DNA of 64,000 nucleotides from Parcubacteria group bacterium LiPW_41 (GTDB lineage Bacteria; Patescibacteriota; Minisyncoccia; UBA6257; GWB1-50-10): NCBI GenBank assembly GCA_007375535.1, contig VMEM01000004.1, positions 22,545 to 86,544 of the forward strand, read 5' to 3'. Shown piece by piece: positions 30,097 to 39,801 of this stretch (position 1 is its first letter; each line of letters starts with the position of its first letter). The notes under the pieces were generated by a model. It saw only the letters and a program-made list of their open reading frames with translations, ran no database searches and was not told where the DNA came from. The position numbers and the translations under genes were made by a program.

Positions 30097-30588
30097 ATGA
30101 AGAAATGGGCTCTATCGCCTTTAATCCGGTATTTTCGAGCGGGGCTAGTTCCATGGATAATGGTGGCACTCGTGTTCTTATTTTGGAATATCGTTTCTGG
30201 TCCGCTGGGATTTATTACAAATAACTTCTTCTTGAAAATTGTTTTGTTGTTTCCGATTGTTGTGGTAACTGGTTTTTTGAAGGAACTCTTCAAAAAAATT
30301 AAAAAACACATAATCAAACGAACATTTATTCAGGAAATGTTTCCGGATGCACTGAAGGGGAGGAAGGTTGTTCGTTGGCCAATCGCTCAAGATGTATATG
30401 CAGTTGGTGTTCTCTTAAAAGAGGATGAGGCGCGTGGAGTTTCTACGGTTATGGACGTTATGGGTGGACCAACGTCACTTACGTGGAATCAACGCGAAGT
30501 AAAATCATCTCTTGTTTCTGAAATAGAAGGACGAACGTCAATGGATCTTTTTGCTCAGCTTATATCGTTAGGCGCAAATAAAGAATAA
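30097..30588 (+). CDS. membrane hypothetical protein
   Basis: 163-aa ORF with three hydrophobic helices, followed by a terminator. Confidence 0.4.
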   Translation: MKKWALSPLIRYFRAGLVPWIMVALVFLFWNIVSGPLGFITNNFFLKIVLLFPIVVVTGFLKELFKKIKKHIIKRTFIQEMFPDALKGRKVVRWPIAQDVYAVGVLLKEDEARGVSTVMDVMGGPTSLTWNQREVKSSLVSEIEGRTSMDLFAQLISLGANKE

Positions 30589-30612
30589 GACCCCGCTATG
30601 GGGTCTTTTTTA
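30588..30612 (+). terminator. intrinsic terminator
   Basis: aagaccccgctatggggtctttttt. Confidence 0.6.
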
Positions 30613-30617
30613 ATATT

Positions 30618-30652
30618 CTCAATCTGTTGAGGTCGGACCTCAACAGATTGAG
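30618..30652. repeat. 35-bp perfect palindrome B1 (CTCAATCTGTTGAGGTC-G-GACCTCAACAGATTGAG)
   Basis: 17-bp perfect arms, each arm with an internal 5-bp hairpin; second copy B2 at 35996-36030. Confidence 0.7.
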
Positions 30653-30791
30653 AGTGAAGACTAAATCACAAAAGTCTATAATCTTTGCGGGACTTAAGTT
30701 GTCCACAGAATTACGGGTGAGAGATGTAAAAATTTTGATACAATAAAGATAAGAAAGAACAACGAGCATATAATCGTGTTCGTTTTTCTAT

Positions 30792-31028
30792 ATGGAAACT
30801 ATTATTACTCCACCGCAACTTCCCGTAGCAAATATGATTGATCTCAATCATCATCGCCGATCCGCGTATTGGACGTTTGTGGTTGGGTTTTTGGGAATTA
30901 TTTCATTTGCGATCTTGGGGCTCTATGCAATTTCTGCATACGAGCGGAGTCAGCAAGCACAAATGGATACAATGTTAAATGATGCTGCATCAACTCGATT
31001 CTTTCCTTCTAGTAGTATTGAAGAATAA
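30792..31028 (+). CDS. small membrane hypothetical protein
   Basis: 78-aa ORF with one TM helix (YWTFVVGFLGIISFAILGLYAI). Confidence 0.35.
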   Translation: METIITPPQLPVANMIDLNHHRRSAYWTFVVGFLGIISFAILGLYAISAYERSQQAQMDTMLNDAASTRFFPSSSIEE

Positions 31029-31034
31029 TTATTT

Positions 31035-31553
31035 ATGAACCCAGAGATACAAAAAATTCTCCAACCAGAACCTCTCCCTTCGCGGTCCACAAAAGCGGTC
31101 CGCCAGTTCGTTGTTTTTATATTTATTATTATTGCGGTTATTCTCGCAATCTTTTTGTTGGCTGAATACGACCGTCGCCAAAACGCAAAAGCGGTAGACC
31201 AGTTGAATCAAATGGTTCTTGATATCCAGAAAGCAGATTATGAGGAGGCAATGAGGGATACTTATGGAGGAAAAACTCCACAAGAGACGCTTTTACTCTA
31301 TATTACTGCGGTTGAAAAAGGTGATTATGAGTTTGCGAGTAAATATTTCATTGGAACGAAGCAAAAAGAGGAATTGGAGAGACTAAATAAATCAAAAAGA
31401 GAAGAAATAACTATGTATGTATCAGAGCTCAAAAATGTTTTAAAAAACGACGGTGTTTATTCTCAACAAAATCAGCGATTTAATTTTGATGGAGATATAC
31501 TTTTAAATTTAAAGCAATATCCAAACGGAATTTGGAAAATTATAGAAATATAA
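31035..31553 (+). CDS. membrane-anchored hypothetical protein
   Basis: 172-aa ORF, N-terminal TM anchor (FVVFIFIIIAVILAIFLL), upstream of and co-oriented with the giant gene. Confidence 0.45.
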   Translation: MNPEIQKILQPEPLPSRSTKAVRQFVVFIFIIIAVILAIFLLAEYDRRQNAKAVDQLNQMVLDIQKADYEEAMRDTYGGKTPQETLLLYITAVEKGDYEFASKYFIGTKQKEELERLNKSKREEITMYVSELKNVLKNDGVYSQQNQRFNFDGDILLNLKQYPNGIWKIIEI

Positions 31554-31573
31554 ATTAATTACAATTACACACA

Positions 31574-34500
31574 ATGAATTTCAAGAAAACTCTGTTTGTT
31601 TTCTTAGGAATATTTCTGTGCTCTGCCTTTTCTGTACTCGCGTATGACGATGACACCACTCACCCCGCACTCACGCAGGAAATTTTACGATTTTACAATC
31701 TGACACATCCCGACCAAACACTTTCTGAAAATGATCAAACACTTATTATTGAGGGAAGTAAAGACGAGGACATTACTCCTCGTTGGGTAAATCATTTTTA
31801 TGATCCCGTACATAACGTTGGGTGGACTGGAGAACACCAAGGAGACACCCCAGCACTCGCAACACAGGCGTTTACTCGTGTGGGGATTATCTCTCGAAAG
31901 CCACTCTCGGCACTCGAGTGGGCAGTGAATGATTTGGCCCAATATGATTACTCTAGATACGGAGGAGATCATTCATGGAGAACAGGGCTCCAAGCATATG
32001 CAAAAGATGATAGAGAAAATGCGATGCGAGTACTGGGGCACACACTTCATTTGCTTGAAGATATGGCGGTACCAGATCACACACGGAATGACTCGCACGC
32101 GCCACTTAAAGAGGTAACGGGGGATGAGGGGTCTCCATATGAAGCGTATGCAGTGATGTGGAATAGAGACACTATTAAAAAATTAAAAATTCCAGAGACA
32201 TTAGTGAGTGAGGGAAAGCCAAGTGTCTCTTACACAACAATTCAAGACTCGTTGCATTCGATTGCTGAGTATTCGAATAAATATTTCTTTTCGAAAGACA
32301 CTATTAATGATCAAAAATATGAAAATCCAAAGATCATTACTGTTGATAGAAATTATATATATGGAGTTGATGAAAGAGGAGAAGAAATTAAACTCGGAGA
32401 AATAAAAAGGAGAAGTGATAGCACGGTTTCTCTGAAAACTGAATTTATTTTTTCTGAGAAGAAAGATATTTTAAGTTCTTATTTTTCTCGACTTGCTTCA
32501 AAAACAGTTCAAAGTGGTGCGGGGGTAATTGAACTTTTTTTGAAACAGGGTGAGGACCAAAAAATTACCAACGAGTTTGCTCCGCGTGTGATGGGAATTG
32601 ATCGACACGCGTTTCGTACGCCAGCATTTTCATTTATCTCCGAGGCAGGACGGGCATTTTTTGCTGTTGCTGAAATGTTCGGAACCGTTTCAGATGCCAT
32701 TGTTTCATTTGTTGGTGGAAGTGAGCAGGAAGAAACAAAAAATGAGGAACCGTTCGGGGAATTAGTGTTAGATACCGAACCAGATGCTGAGATGGTTCCA
32801 ATTGTTCAGGATTTAACAAAAGAAGAGCCAATAATAGAAGAAACCAACGACGAACCAATACAACAACAGGAGGTTGCGATAGAACAAGAAATAGAAATTC
32901 AAAGACCAGTTCGATCTGAGTTTATTTCGACAACAACAGAAATTGTTGAACAAAAAAGCACTAGCACAACTTCAACCGTTCAAACAATAAAAAATACCAC
33001 AACAAGAACAACATCGGGTGGTGGAGGTCCTAATGTTGAACAGGACAATTTCCCAAATGCAAAAATTGATATTTTGGAGATTATGTATGACGCTCCAGGA
33101 AGCGATGAGGGAAATGAGTGGGTGGAAATTTACAACTCAGGAACCACGACGGTAAAAATAAAAGATTTGCGATTTGTAGATTCGGGACAGAGACATTTAA
33201 TTTCGTTGTCACGAGGAAGTGAGGTATTAATGGCATATGATTATGGAATTATTGCAGATTCACCAGAAAAGTTTTTAGAAAAATATCCGAGTTACACTGG
33301 ATCAATTTGGAAAAGCGCAATGTCTCTTTCAAATACACATGATTTGCTTGCGATGGCGGGGAATATTCGGAATTTGGGTGAGGCAGAATATTATGGCTCG
33401 TCTGGCGCCGGTGGCGATGGAAATTCTTTGCAAAAAATTGGAAGCACTTGGTATGCTGGGGCTCCAACACCGGGAAGAGAAAATTCATATTCACCGCCAC
33501 ATAATAATCAAAAACCCGTTGTTGAGTTTTCATTTTTTCCTGGAGCACCAAAAGAACGGGAAGTTGTGACACTTCTTGCGTCATCAACTGATTCCGATGG
33601 AACGATTTCAAAGTATGTTTGGAAATTTGGTGATGGTGGTGAATTTACTTCACTAGTTAATTCAACAGAACATACATATTCAACGGTGGGGACATATAAT
33701 GCTGAAGTCGATGTGTACGACAATGAAAACGAATATACGCGGGCAACAACCACGATTTCTATTGAGCCAAGCAATGGAAAAGAGGCAGATCATGTAGTGA
33801 TTTCTGAAGTTCAATATGGGGGAGTGGACGCAGGAGATGAGTTTATTGAATTGTACAATCCAACAACAAGCACTATTAATATGACGGGATGGTCAATTCA
33901 ATATACATCGGGGCGAGTGACAGAAATAACACCGAGTGTGGTTTCAAAGAAAAATTTCGTCGCGTCCTCTTCTATCCGTGGTGAGGGATATTTTCTTATT
34001 GCACGAAGTATGAGCGCGAGTGGAAATGATGGGTATAGCGCTTCTCCAATTCCCGATCTTTCACATCGATCATTTTCTATGTCGAGTGCATCAACGGGTG
34101 GTTTAGTGTTTCTTGTTAAAAACAATGAAGATGTTGAGTCGGTGAACGATGGAGATATTGTCGATTTTGTAAATTATGGAGATTTTGAGCTATCAAACGG
34201 AAAATCATTAGAACGAAGGGGATGGAATGGGTTAATGTGCGCCTCGGCGCTTCAAGACGGCTCTGGTGAATTTCAAGGAAATGGATGTGATACAGAATAT
34301 ATGCATTCCGATTTTGAAGTGAGAAACAATCCCCAACCACAAAATAGTGGGAGCATGATTGAGCCGCGCGATGCTCCAACAATTCCTGAAAAACAAGTTG
34401 GGAAAACAACATATGCAGAATTTATAAAAAATGATAATGCGATCAATTTCTCTTGGAGTACCTCTACTGATAGTGAAGGAGGAATTGTGTGGTATGACAT

Positions 34501-35986
34501 TACAATGACTTCTGGAGCGAGTAGTACGCTCATTACTCATACAACATCAACATCATTTTTATATGTGCCAGAGTATGTTGGAAAAGAATATAGTTTCAAA
34601 TTAAAAGCATGTGATCGCGATGGTGCGTGTTCTAATTCTGTGGTTATTTCTGTTTCCGTTCCAAGTTATGCAGGGGAGGTATATTTTGGGACAAGAAATG
34701 GAGAGACGATCATTGAGCTAACAACCGAGCGATATCCATTTCTTCCTGGTTTCAGTGATATAAACCAAGAAAAAAAATTAGTTGCATATTTTAATACAGA
34801 TGCGGAATTTACTTCACAAACAGAAGAGTTTGCAAATTTACCAAACACGCTCACGCTTAAATTTATGGGATGTCATGGATATGAGGCATACACAAAAGAT
34901 GTTGTGTTTCCTGGTGATATAAATACATGTCGTGGGTTTGGACCAGGTTCTGGGAACTACAGCATTTATTACACCGAAGATAATGTAATTACTTTACGAC
35001 CAACATTGCCTAGTGGAAGGACAGAATTTTTACCAAGCGATTTTATTACTTTTGCATTTTATTCTCTAGATCGAGGCGCGTCGGGACGGTATTTTAATTT
35101 AATTACGCGCGATGCAAAACGATATTATTTCAATTCTTTGGAGAATAAAGGAAAAAATCCTGTGGCACATGGACCGATTCAATCTGAATTTAAACCTGAT
35201 CAATCTTCAATCGAATTGCGGTGGATGAGTCCAACGGACCCAGACTCAAGAGATGAAAAAATATCAAATGAATATGCAGTTTCTACATCAACTGCCACAA
35301 GCACGCTTTTATGGGTTGGTTCTGGGTGGAGCACTACTACGTTATTTGTTACTGGAATAGAGTTTCCGACGTACGCACATATTCGTGCAAGGGACACCGA
35401 TGGGAATTATTCCGATATTATTACTGATCCAATTAATCTAACCTCCCCAACTGTTCTTTTTTCTCAAATTGAATCTGATAATTATGAGCACCATATTGGA
35501 ACTTCATATGCACATTATGCAGAAAATGATGAAGCGGGATATCAAAATGTTATTCTGCACTCAACAACAACATTTGATGTGGTTGGACTAAAAGCATGGA
35601 AACATACAATGAATGATTCTGGTTTAAGACTTGTGATATATCCGTCACTTCCTTCGGGACTTCCTGATTTTGCTACTGTTATTGGAAAAACGCAGATGGG
35701 GAATTTTACCTCAATTAGTCAATGGACTGAAGTTCTACTTACATTTGAGACTCCAATAACTTTTGATCCAGAAATTCCATATTGGTTTGGGCTTGATGTT
35801 CCTGGTGCAGCGCGCGGCGCGGAGGTAGGATGGAAAATTGCGACACGAAATACTGACACCCCAACACTTGGGCGTGCGGGGTGGGGAATTGGTCCAGGGA
35901 GAAATGAAACATGTAATGGTGCGTGCACATATACCGAAGCAGATCAGCGCTCGCACGAGTGGTGGATAAAAATTGGAAAGCGATAA
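31574..35986 (+). CDS. giant secreted multidomain protein: N-terminal zinc-dependent phospholipase C / S1-P1 nuclease superfamily domain, two lamin-tail (LTD) domains, PKD domain, FN3-like repeats
   Basis: signal peptide MNFKKTLFVFLGIFLCSAFSVLA; VNHFYDP and LGHTLHLLEDMAVPDHTRND match the Zn-ligand motifs of PLC/P1-nuclease; LTD signatures ILEIMYDAPGSDEGNEWVEIYN and VISEVQYGGVDAGDEFIELYNPT; PKD YVWKFGDGG...HTYSTVGTYNAEVDVYDN. Confidence 0.8.
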   Translation: MNFKKTLFVFLGIFLCSAFSVLAYDDDTTHPALTQEILRFYNLTHPDQTLSENDQTLIIEGSKDEDITPRWVNHFYDPVHNVGWTGEHQGDTPALATQAFTRVGIISRKPLSALEWAVNDLAQYDYSRYGGDHSWRTGLQAYAKDDRENAMRVLGHTLHLLEDMAVPDHTRNDSHAPLKEVTGDEGSPYEAYAVMWNRDTIKKLKIPETLVSEGKPSVSYTTIQDSLHSIAEYSNKYFFSKDTINDQKYENPKIITVDRNYIYGVDERGEEIKLGEIKRRSDSTVSLKTEFIFSEKKDILSSYFSRLASKTVQSGAGVIELFLKQGEDQKITNEFAPRVMGIDRHAFRTPAFSFISEAGRAFFAVAEMFGTVSDAIVSFVGGSEQEETKNEEPFGELVLDTEPDAEMVPIVQDLTKEEPIIEETNDEPIQQQEVAIEQEIEIQRPVRSEFISTTTEIVEQKSTSTTSTVQTIKNTTTRTTSGGGGPNVEQDNFPNAKIDILEIMYDAPGSDEGNEWVEIYNSGTTTVKIKDLRFVDSGQRHLISLSRGSEVLMAYDYGIIADSPEKFLEKYPSYTGSIWKSAMSLSNTHDLLAMAGNIRNLGEAEYYGSSGAGGDGNSLQKIGSTWYAGAPTPGRENSYSPPHNNQKPVVEFSFFPGAPKEREVVTLLASSTDSDGTISKYVWKFGDGGEFTSLVNSTEHTYSTVGTYNAEVDVYDNENEYTRATTTISIEPSNGKEADHVVISEVQYGGVDAGDEFIELYNPTTSTINMTGWSIQYTSGRVTEITPSVVSKKNFVASSSIRGEGYFLIARSMSASGNDGYSASPIPDLSHRSFSMSSASTGGLVFLVKNNEDVESVNDGDIVDFVNYGDFELSNGKSLERRGWNGLMCASALQDGSGEFQGNGCDTEYMHSDFEVRNNPQPQNSGSMIEPRDAPTIPEKQVGKTTYAEFIKNDNAINFSWSTSTDSEGGIVWYDITMTSGASSTLITHTTSTSFLYVPEYVGKEYSFKLKACDRDGACSNSVVISVSVPSYAGEVYFGTRNGETIIELTTERYPFLPGFSDINQEKKLVAYFNTDAEFTSQTEEFANLPNTLTLKFMGCHGYEAYTKDVVFPGDINTCRGFGPGSGNYSIYYTEDNVITLRPTLPSGRTEFLPSDFITFAFYSLDRGASGRYFNLITRDAKRYYFNSLENKGKNPVAHGPIQSEFKPDQSSIELRWMSPTDPDSRDEKISNEYAVSTSTATSTLLWVGSGWSTTTLFVTGIEFPTYAHIRARDTDGNYSDIITDPINLTSPTVLFSQIESDNYEHHIGTSYAHYAENDEAGYQNVILHSTTTFDVVGLKAWKHTMNDSGLRLVIYPSLPSGLPDFATVIGKTQMGNFTSISQWTEVLLTFETPITFDPEIPYWFGLDVPGAARGAEVGWKIATRNTDTPTLGRAGWGIGPGRNETCNGACTYTEADQRSHEWWIKIGKR

Positions 35987-35995
35987 TAATCACAA

Positions 35996-36030
35996 TCCAA
36001 TCTGTTGAGGTCGGACCTCAACAGATTGGA
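35996..36030. repeat. 35-bp perfect palindrome B2 (TCCAATCTGTTGAGGTC-G-GACCTCAACAGATTGGA)
   Basis: differs from B1 only at the two outermost arm positions, changed symmetrically on both arms. Confidence 0.7.
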
Positions 36031-36105
36031 TTTATGACATTTTTAGATAGAAAACAAAAATTCCTCATTGCTGAGGAACTTTTGTGTAAGTGTGATATTC
36101 AATTG

Positions 36106-36552
36106 TTAGTTAAGAACAACGATTTCTGCATAAGCAATTCCGAATTTTAATGCCTCTTCTTTGGAGTTCATCCAAATATCAACATTATTCTTCTTTCTTG
36201 AGTGCATGCGGTCTTCAACCACGAACACTTTATTGCCAAACAGTTTCGGTATTTTAACTTTAGTTCCAAACGGAAGAAGGTTTGTAGCGATTATGCCATC
36301 GCGCACTGTTGTTCCCATTGCAGTGATGAACGGTGTGTCATCAGTCTCTTCGGGAGTGCTAGAATAGGCGGTGATCCAGACTTTTCGGCTTTGAATTGCT
36401 TCAGCCTCGACATCATCTGGCGCCTCGGCGGCACGAGCGATACTAACTCCATTCGGTTTGGCGGTATGAAGGGCTTTCAATGTTGGTGTTTCCGATGGCA
36501 TCGGGAACGTAACTATCAAAATTCCTATCACGGCCGTTACTACCTTTTTACC
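36106..36552 (-). CDS. 3D-domain protein (MltA/YuiC-like cell-wall-binding/lytic domain) with N-terminal anchor
   Basis: C-terminal ITAYSSTPEETDDTPFITAMGTTVRDGIIATN..LPFGTKVKIP...VFVVEDRM...DIWM is a 3D domain; the upstream 97 codons of the track ORF are antisense to the RluA gene, so ATG 36552 is preferred. Confidence 0.55.
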   Translation of the reverse strand, partial: GKKVVTAVIGILIVTFPMPSETPTLKALHTAKPNGVSIARAAEAPDDVEAEAIQSRKVWITAYSSTPEETDDTPFITAMGTTVRDGIIATNLLPFGTKVKIPKLFGNKVFVVEDRMHSRKKNNVDIWMNSKEEALKFGIAYAEIVVLN

Positions 36553-36697
36553 CATATTAAAAACCCCTGTAGGGGTTATACAGGAGTAGATTAGCATACA
36601 TTCCCCAAAAATGCAAGCAAAATCGAGAAAAACCGCTATTTTATTGAGTTTTTTGGGGTTCTGTGTAACACTAAAACTAATGACTTTGAAGGTGATC

Positions 36698-37399
36698 ATG
36701 AAAACGAAGGACTTTGTGGCATTTAACAAACCTGCCGGTGTTTTGGTGCACCGAGCATATGGAATGGAGCCACGAGAGGGGGAAGAAGTGCTCACTGACA
36801 TCGCGTTGAAGTTATTTCCGGAGATTGCGAATGTGGGAGACAAGCCTGAAGAGCGTCCAGGAATTGTTCATCGACTTGATAAAGAAACATCGGGAGTGAT
36901 TGTGGTAGCACGTAATCAAAAGTTTTTTGATTTTCTTAAAGAACGTTTTAAAAACCATGAAGTTGAAAAACATTATCTTGCACTTGTTGCGGGGAAGCTG
37001 ATTGGAATGGGAAGAATCGACAAACCAATCGGACTCAAACCAGGAACGACACGCCGAAGTGTGCGCGCGAGAAATATGAAAATGGTGAAGGAGGCGATCA
37101 CTGACTATCGCGCAAAAAAAATGTATATATCAGAAACAATGGGGAGGGCAGTGTATTACACATTACTCGAAGTTATTCCACGAACAGGACGAACGCATCA
37201 GATACGCGTTCACTTCGCTGCAATGGGACACCCAATTGTTGGAGACACAATGTATGGACCAACGGGAAACTCATTGGGACTCACGAGACATTTTCTTCAC
37301 GCTGAGTCACTAGAGTTTTCAACTCCCGGAGGAAAACGTGTTCGTATTGAGGCAGACCTTCCCGATGATTTAAAAAAGGCATTAGAAAAATTAAATTAA
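36698..37399 (+). CDS. RluA-family pseudouridine synthase
   Basis: FNKPAGVLVH, HRLDKETSGVIVVAR (catalytic Asp), HQIRVH motifs; alternative ATG at 36680. Confidence 0.8.
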   Translation: MKTKDFVAFNKPAGVLVHRAYGMEPREGEEVLTDIALKLFPEIANVGDKPEERPGIVHRLDKETSGVIVVARNQKFFDFLKERFKNHEVEKHYLALVAGKLIGMGRIDKPIGLKPGTTRRSVRARNMKMVKEAITDYRAKKMYISETMGRAVYYTLLEVIPRTGRTHQIRVHFAAMGHPIVGDTMYGPTGNSLGLTRHFLHAESLEFSTPGGKRVRIEADLPDDLKKALEKLN

Positions 37400-37424
37400 A
37401 AATCCCCCGAAAGGGGGATTTGGT
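37398..37424. terminator. bidirectional intrinsic terminator
   Basis: aaaaatcccccgaaagggggattt between convergent genes. Confidence 0.6.
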
Positions 37425-37837
37425 TATATCGGATGTGCGTCACAATGAAATGGATTCACCACTATAATATTGTGTGAGTTTTTAAATACGCACCATTTTT
37501 TAAACATTTCTTCTTGATTGTAAAGGCGGATTTTTGAAACAAGTTCATCGGGGAGTAAATCAAGACCAAATCCAAGGAATTCTGCTTTTCCGAATTCATA
37601 TAGATCAAAAAAATTTACATTAAATTTTTTGTTTATATCTGATTTGGTAAGTTCTTTTGCATTTCCTTTTACCCCCTCGTTTTTATGAAGAAATGAATTA
37701 AGTGGAGCACTTAGTATTGCGTGTGCAATCATTGCTGATTGTGTCTCTGTCCCAAAGTGGTTATAGAGAAATACCTCTCCTTTGTTAAACATTTCTATCT
37801 CCTTATTGTTGTAAATGTTAACTATACAATAGGACAA
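37424..37837 (-). CDS. hypothetical protein
   Basis: 137-aa ORF (possible internal start MFNKGEV); no recognisable motif. Confidence 0.35.
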   Translation of the reverse strand: MSYCIVNIYNNKEIEMFNKGEVFLYNHFGTETQSAMIAHAILSAPLNSFLHKNEGVKGNAKELTKSDINKKFNVNFFDLYEFGKAEFLGFGLDLLPDELVSKIRLYNQEEMFKKWCVFKNSHNIIVVNPFHCDAHPI

Positions 37838-37909
37838 AAATATGAGTTAGTCAATGTAGAAGATATTATTTGTTGCGTTCGAATTTGTATTTATTATAAT
37901 TAGGCGTAT

Positions 37910-38623
37910 ATGGAGCATGAAAATAAAAAAGACTATCTTCTTCCTGGAAGTATTTTAATTGCAGCGTTACTTATCGCAGGCGCGTTGTTTTATAATGCAG
38001 GAAAGACAAATGAACAAAATGTTGAAAAGAAGGCACTCGACATAAATTCTATACAAGATCTTTCTCCAAGTAATGTAAATCCAATTTCGGATAGTGATCA
38101 CAAACTTGGTCCTGAGAGTGCGCCAATAAAAATTATTGCGTTTTCAGACCCTGAGTGTCCGTATTGCAAAGATTATCATTTTGTTTTGAAGGATTTAATG
38201 AAGGAGATGCCAGGAAAGATACAACTTATATTTCGAAACTTCCCACTTTCTGGACACAAACAATCAAAACAAGAAGCAACTGCAATGGAGTGTGTTGCTG
38301 ACTTGAAAGGAAATGATGCATTTTGGAGTTATCTCGATAGAATTTTTGAGGCCACCCCTTCAAATGATGGACTTGATCTTGCACTTCTTCCAAAATTTGC
38401 AGAAGAAGTTGGCGTAGATAAATCAAAATTTGAATCATGTCTTGCCTCAGGAAAATTTGATGCGCTTCTTGATGAAAACATACAGAATGGAAAAAATGCA
38501 GGACTACGCGGAACCCCATACTCTGTTGTTATTGCTCCAAACGGACAGTATCTCCCACTGAATGGATATCTCCCCCTTGAAGAATTTAAAAAGGTAATGG
38601 AGGAGGTGATAAACCAAAAATAA
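37910..38623 (+). CDS. DsbA-family thiol:disulfide oxidoreductase (membrane-anchored)
   Basis: TM anchor then thioredoxin-fold CPYC active site (IIAFSDPECPYCKDYH). Confidence 0.7.
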   Translation: MEHENKKDYLLPGSILIAALLIAGALFYNAGKTNEQNVEKKALDINSIQDLSPSNVNPISDSDHKLGPESAPIKIIAFSDPECPYCKDYHFVLKDLMKEMPGKIQLIFRNFPLSGHKQSKQEATAMECVADLKGNDAFWSYLDRIFEATPSNDGLDLALLPKFAEEVGVDKSKFESCLASGKFDALLDENIQNGKNAGLRGTPYSVVIAPNGQYLPLNGYLPLEEFKKVMEEVINQK

Positions 38624-38662
38624 AGCAGTCATCCAAAAATCTCTCTCTGAGAGATTTTTCTT

Positions 38663-38854
38663 TTGTGGGAATATTCGTATAATGGGAATATGCATTGGAA
38701 CTATTGGATTGTTTTTGGAATAGGAATTTGGGTCTTACTCTCTCCATGGATATTGGGTTTTTCTTCTTATAATATTGCGTTGTGGAGTAATATTCTTTCT
38801 GGGTGTCTTATATCTATCTTTGTTCTTTGGAACTTCGTCCCTCCAGAGGAATAG
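38663..38854 (+). CDS. SPW-repeat small membrane protein
   Basis: 63 aa, two TM helices with the SPW signature (LLSPWILG). Confidence 0.4.
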   Translation: MWEYSYNGNMHWNYWIVFGIGIWVLLSPWILGFSSYNIALWSNILSGCLISIFVLWNFVPPEE

Positions 38855-38878
38855 TGTTTAAAAATTTATTTAATATTT

Positions 38879-39796
38879 ATGTACGATTTAATTATTATTG
38901 GTGGTGGTCCTGCGGCTGTGTCTGCGGGAGTCTATGCGGGAAGAAAGCGTTTGCACACGCTTGTTATTACTAATTCATTTGGTGGGCAATCTGTTGTATC
39001 AAACGATATACAAAATTGGATTGGAACTCCTTCGATTTCTGGATTCGAACTTGCACAGTCACTTGAAAAACATTTGCGCGCACAACCAGATATACAAATT
39101 GAAGAGGGAGAGGGAGTAGAAAAAATAGAAAAAAAAGAAGATGGAACATTTGTGGTATCAACAAAATCAAAAACGTTTGAAACAAAAACAGTGCTTATTG
39201 CTTCTGGAAGTGGAAGAAAGAGATTGAATGTTCCTGGAGAAAATGAATTTGAGGGAAGGGGCGTGTTTTATTGTTCTATTTGTGATGCTCCGTTATTTGG
39301 TGAAAAAACTGTTGCGGTGGTCGGTGGGGGAAATTCTGCACTTGAAGCTGTTATTGATTTAATGAAATATGCATCAAAGATTTATCTTTTGCATCACGGA
39401 ACTGAATTGAAGGGAGATCCAATAACACAAGAAAAAATAAAGAGTTTGAGTAAAGTTGAAATTATATATCAAGCAGAGACGAAAGAAATAAAAGGGGATG
39501 GAATGGTTTCTGAAATTGTGTTTACTGATTTAAAGACAAACGAAGAAAGGACCATTGCGGTTGATGGAGTATTTATTGAGATTGGTGCTGTTCCAAACAG
39601 TATGTTTGCTTCGGGACTTTTGGAGATGAACAAATACGGCGCAATTGTTGTTGATGCTCGAACGCAGGCCACAACATGCAAGGGTATTTGGGCGGCGGGA
39701 GATGTTACTGATATTCCATATAAACAAAATAATATTTCGGTGGGAGATGCAGCGAAAGCTATATTAAACATTTATGAATTTCTCCACAGTCGCTAA
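38879..39796 (+). CDS. trxB: thioredoxin-disulfide reductase (redox motif CSIC variant)
   Basis: FAD site IIGGGPAAVSAGVYA, NAD(P) site VAVVGGGNSALEAV, redox-active CSICDA in place of canonical CATCDG. Confidence 0.8.
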   Translation: MYDLIIIGGGPAAVSAGVYAGRKRLHTLVITNSFGGQSVVSNDIQNWIGTPSISGFELAQSLEKHLRAQPDIQIEEGEGVEKIEKKEDGTFVVSTKSKTFETKTVLIASGSGRKRLNVPGENEFEGRGVFYCSICDAPLFGEKTVAVVGGGNSALEAVIDLMKYASKIYLLHHGTELKGDPITQEKIKSLSKVEIIYQAETKEIKGDGMVSEIVFTDLKTNEERTIAVDGVFIEIGAVPNSMFASGLLEMNKYGAIVVDARTQATTCKGIWAAGDVTDIPYKQNNISVGDAAKAILNIYEFLHSR

Positions 39797-39801
39797 AACA
39801 G

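Noticed and set aside
36553-36843. N-terminal 97 codons of track ORF 36106-36843 (minus)
   Set aside because: They overlap the RluA gene start antisense, and the 3D-domain protein has a good internal ATG (36552) followed by a TM anchor.
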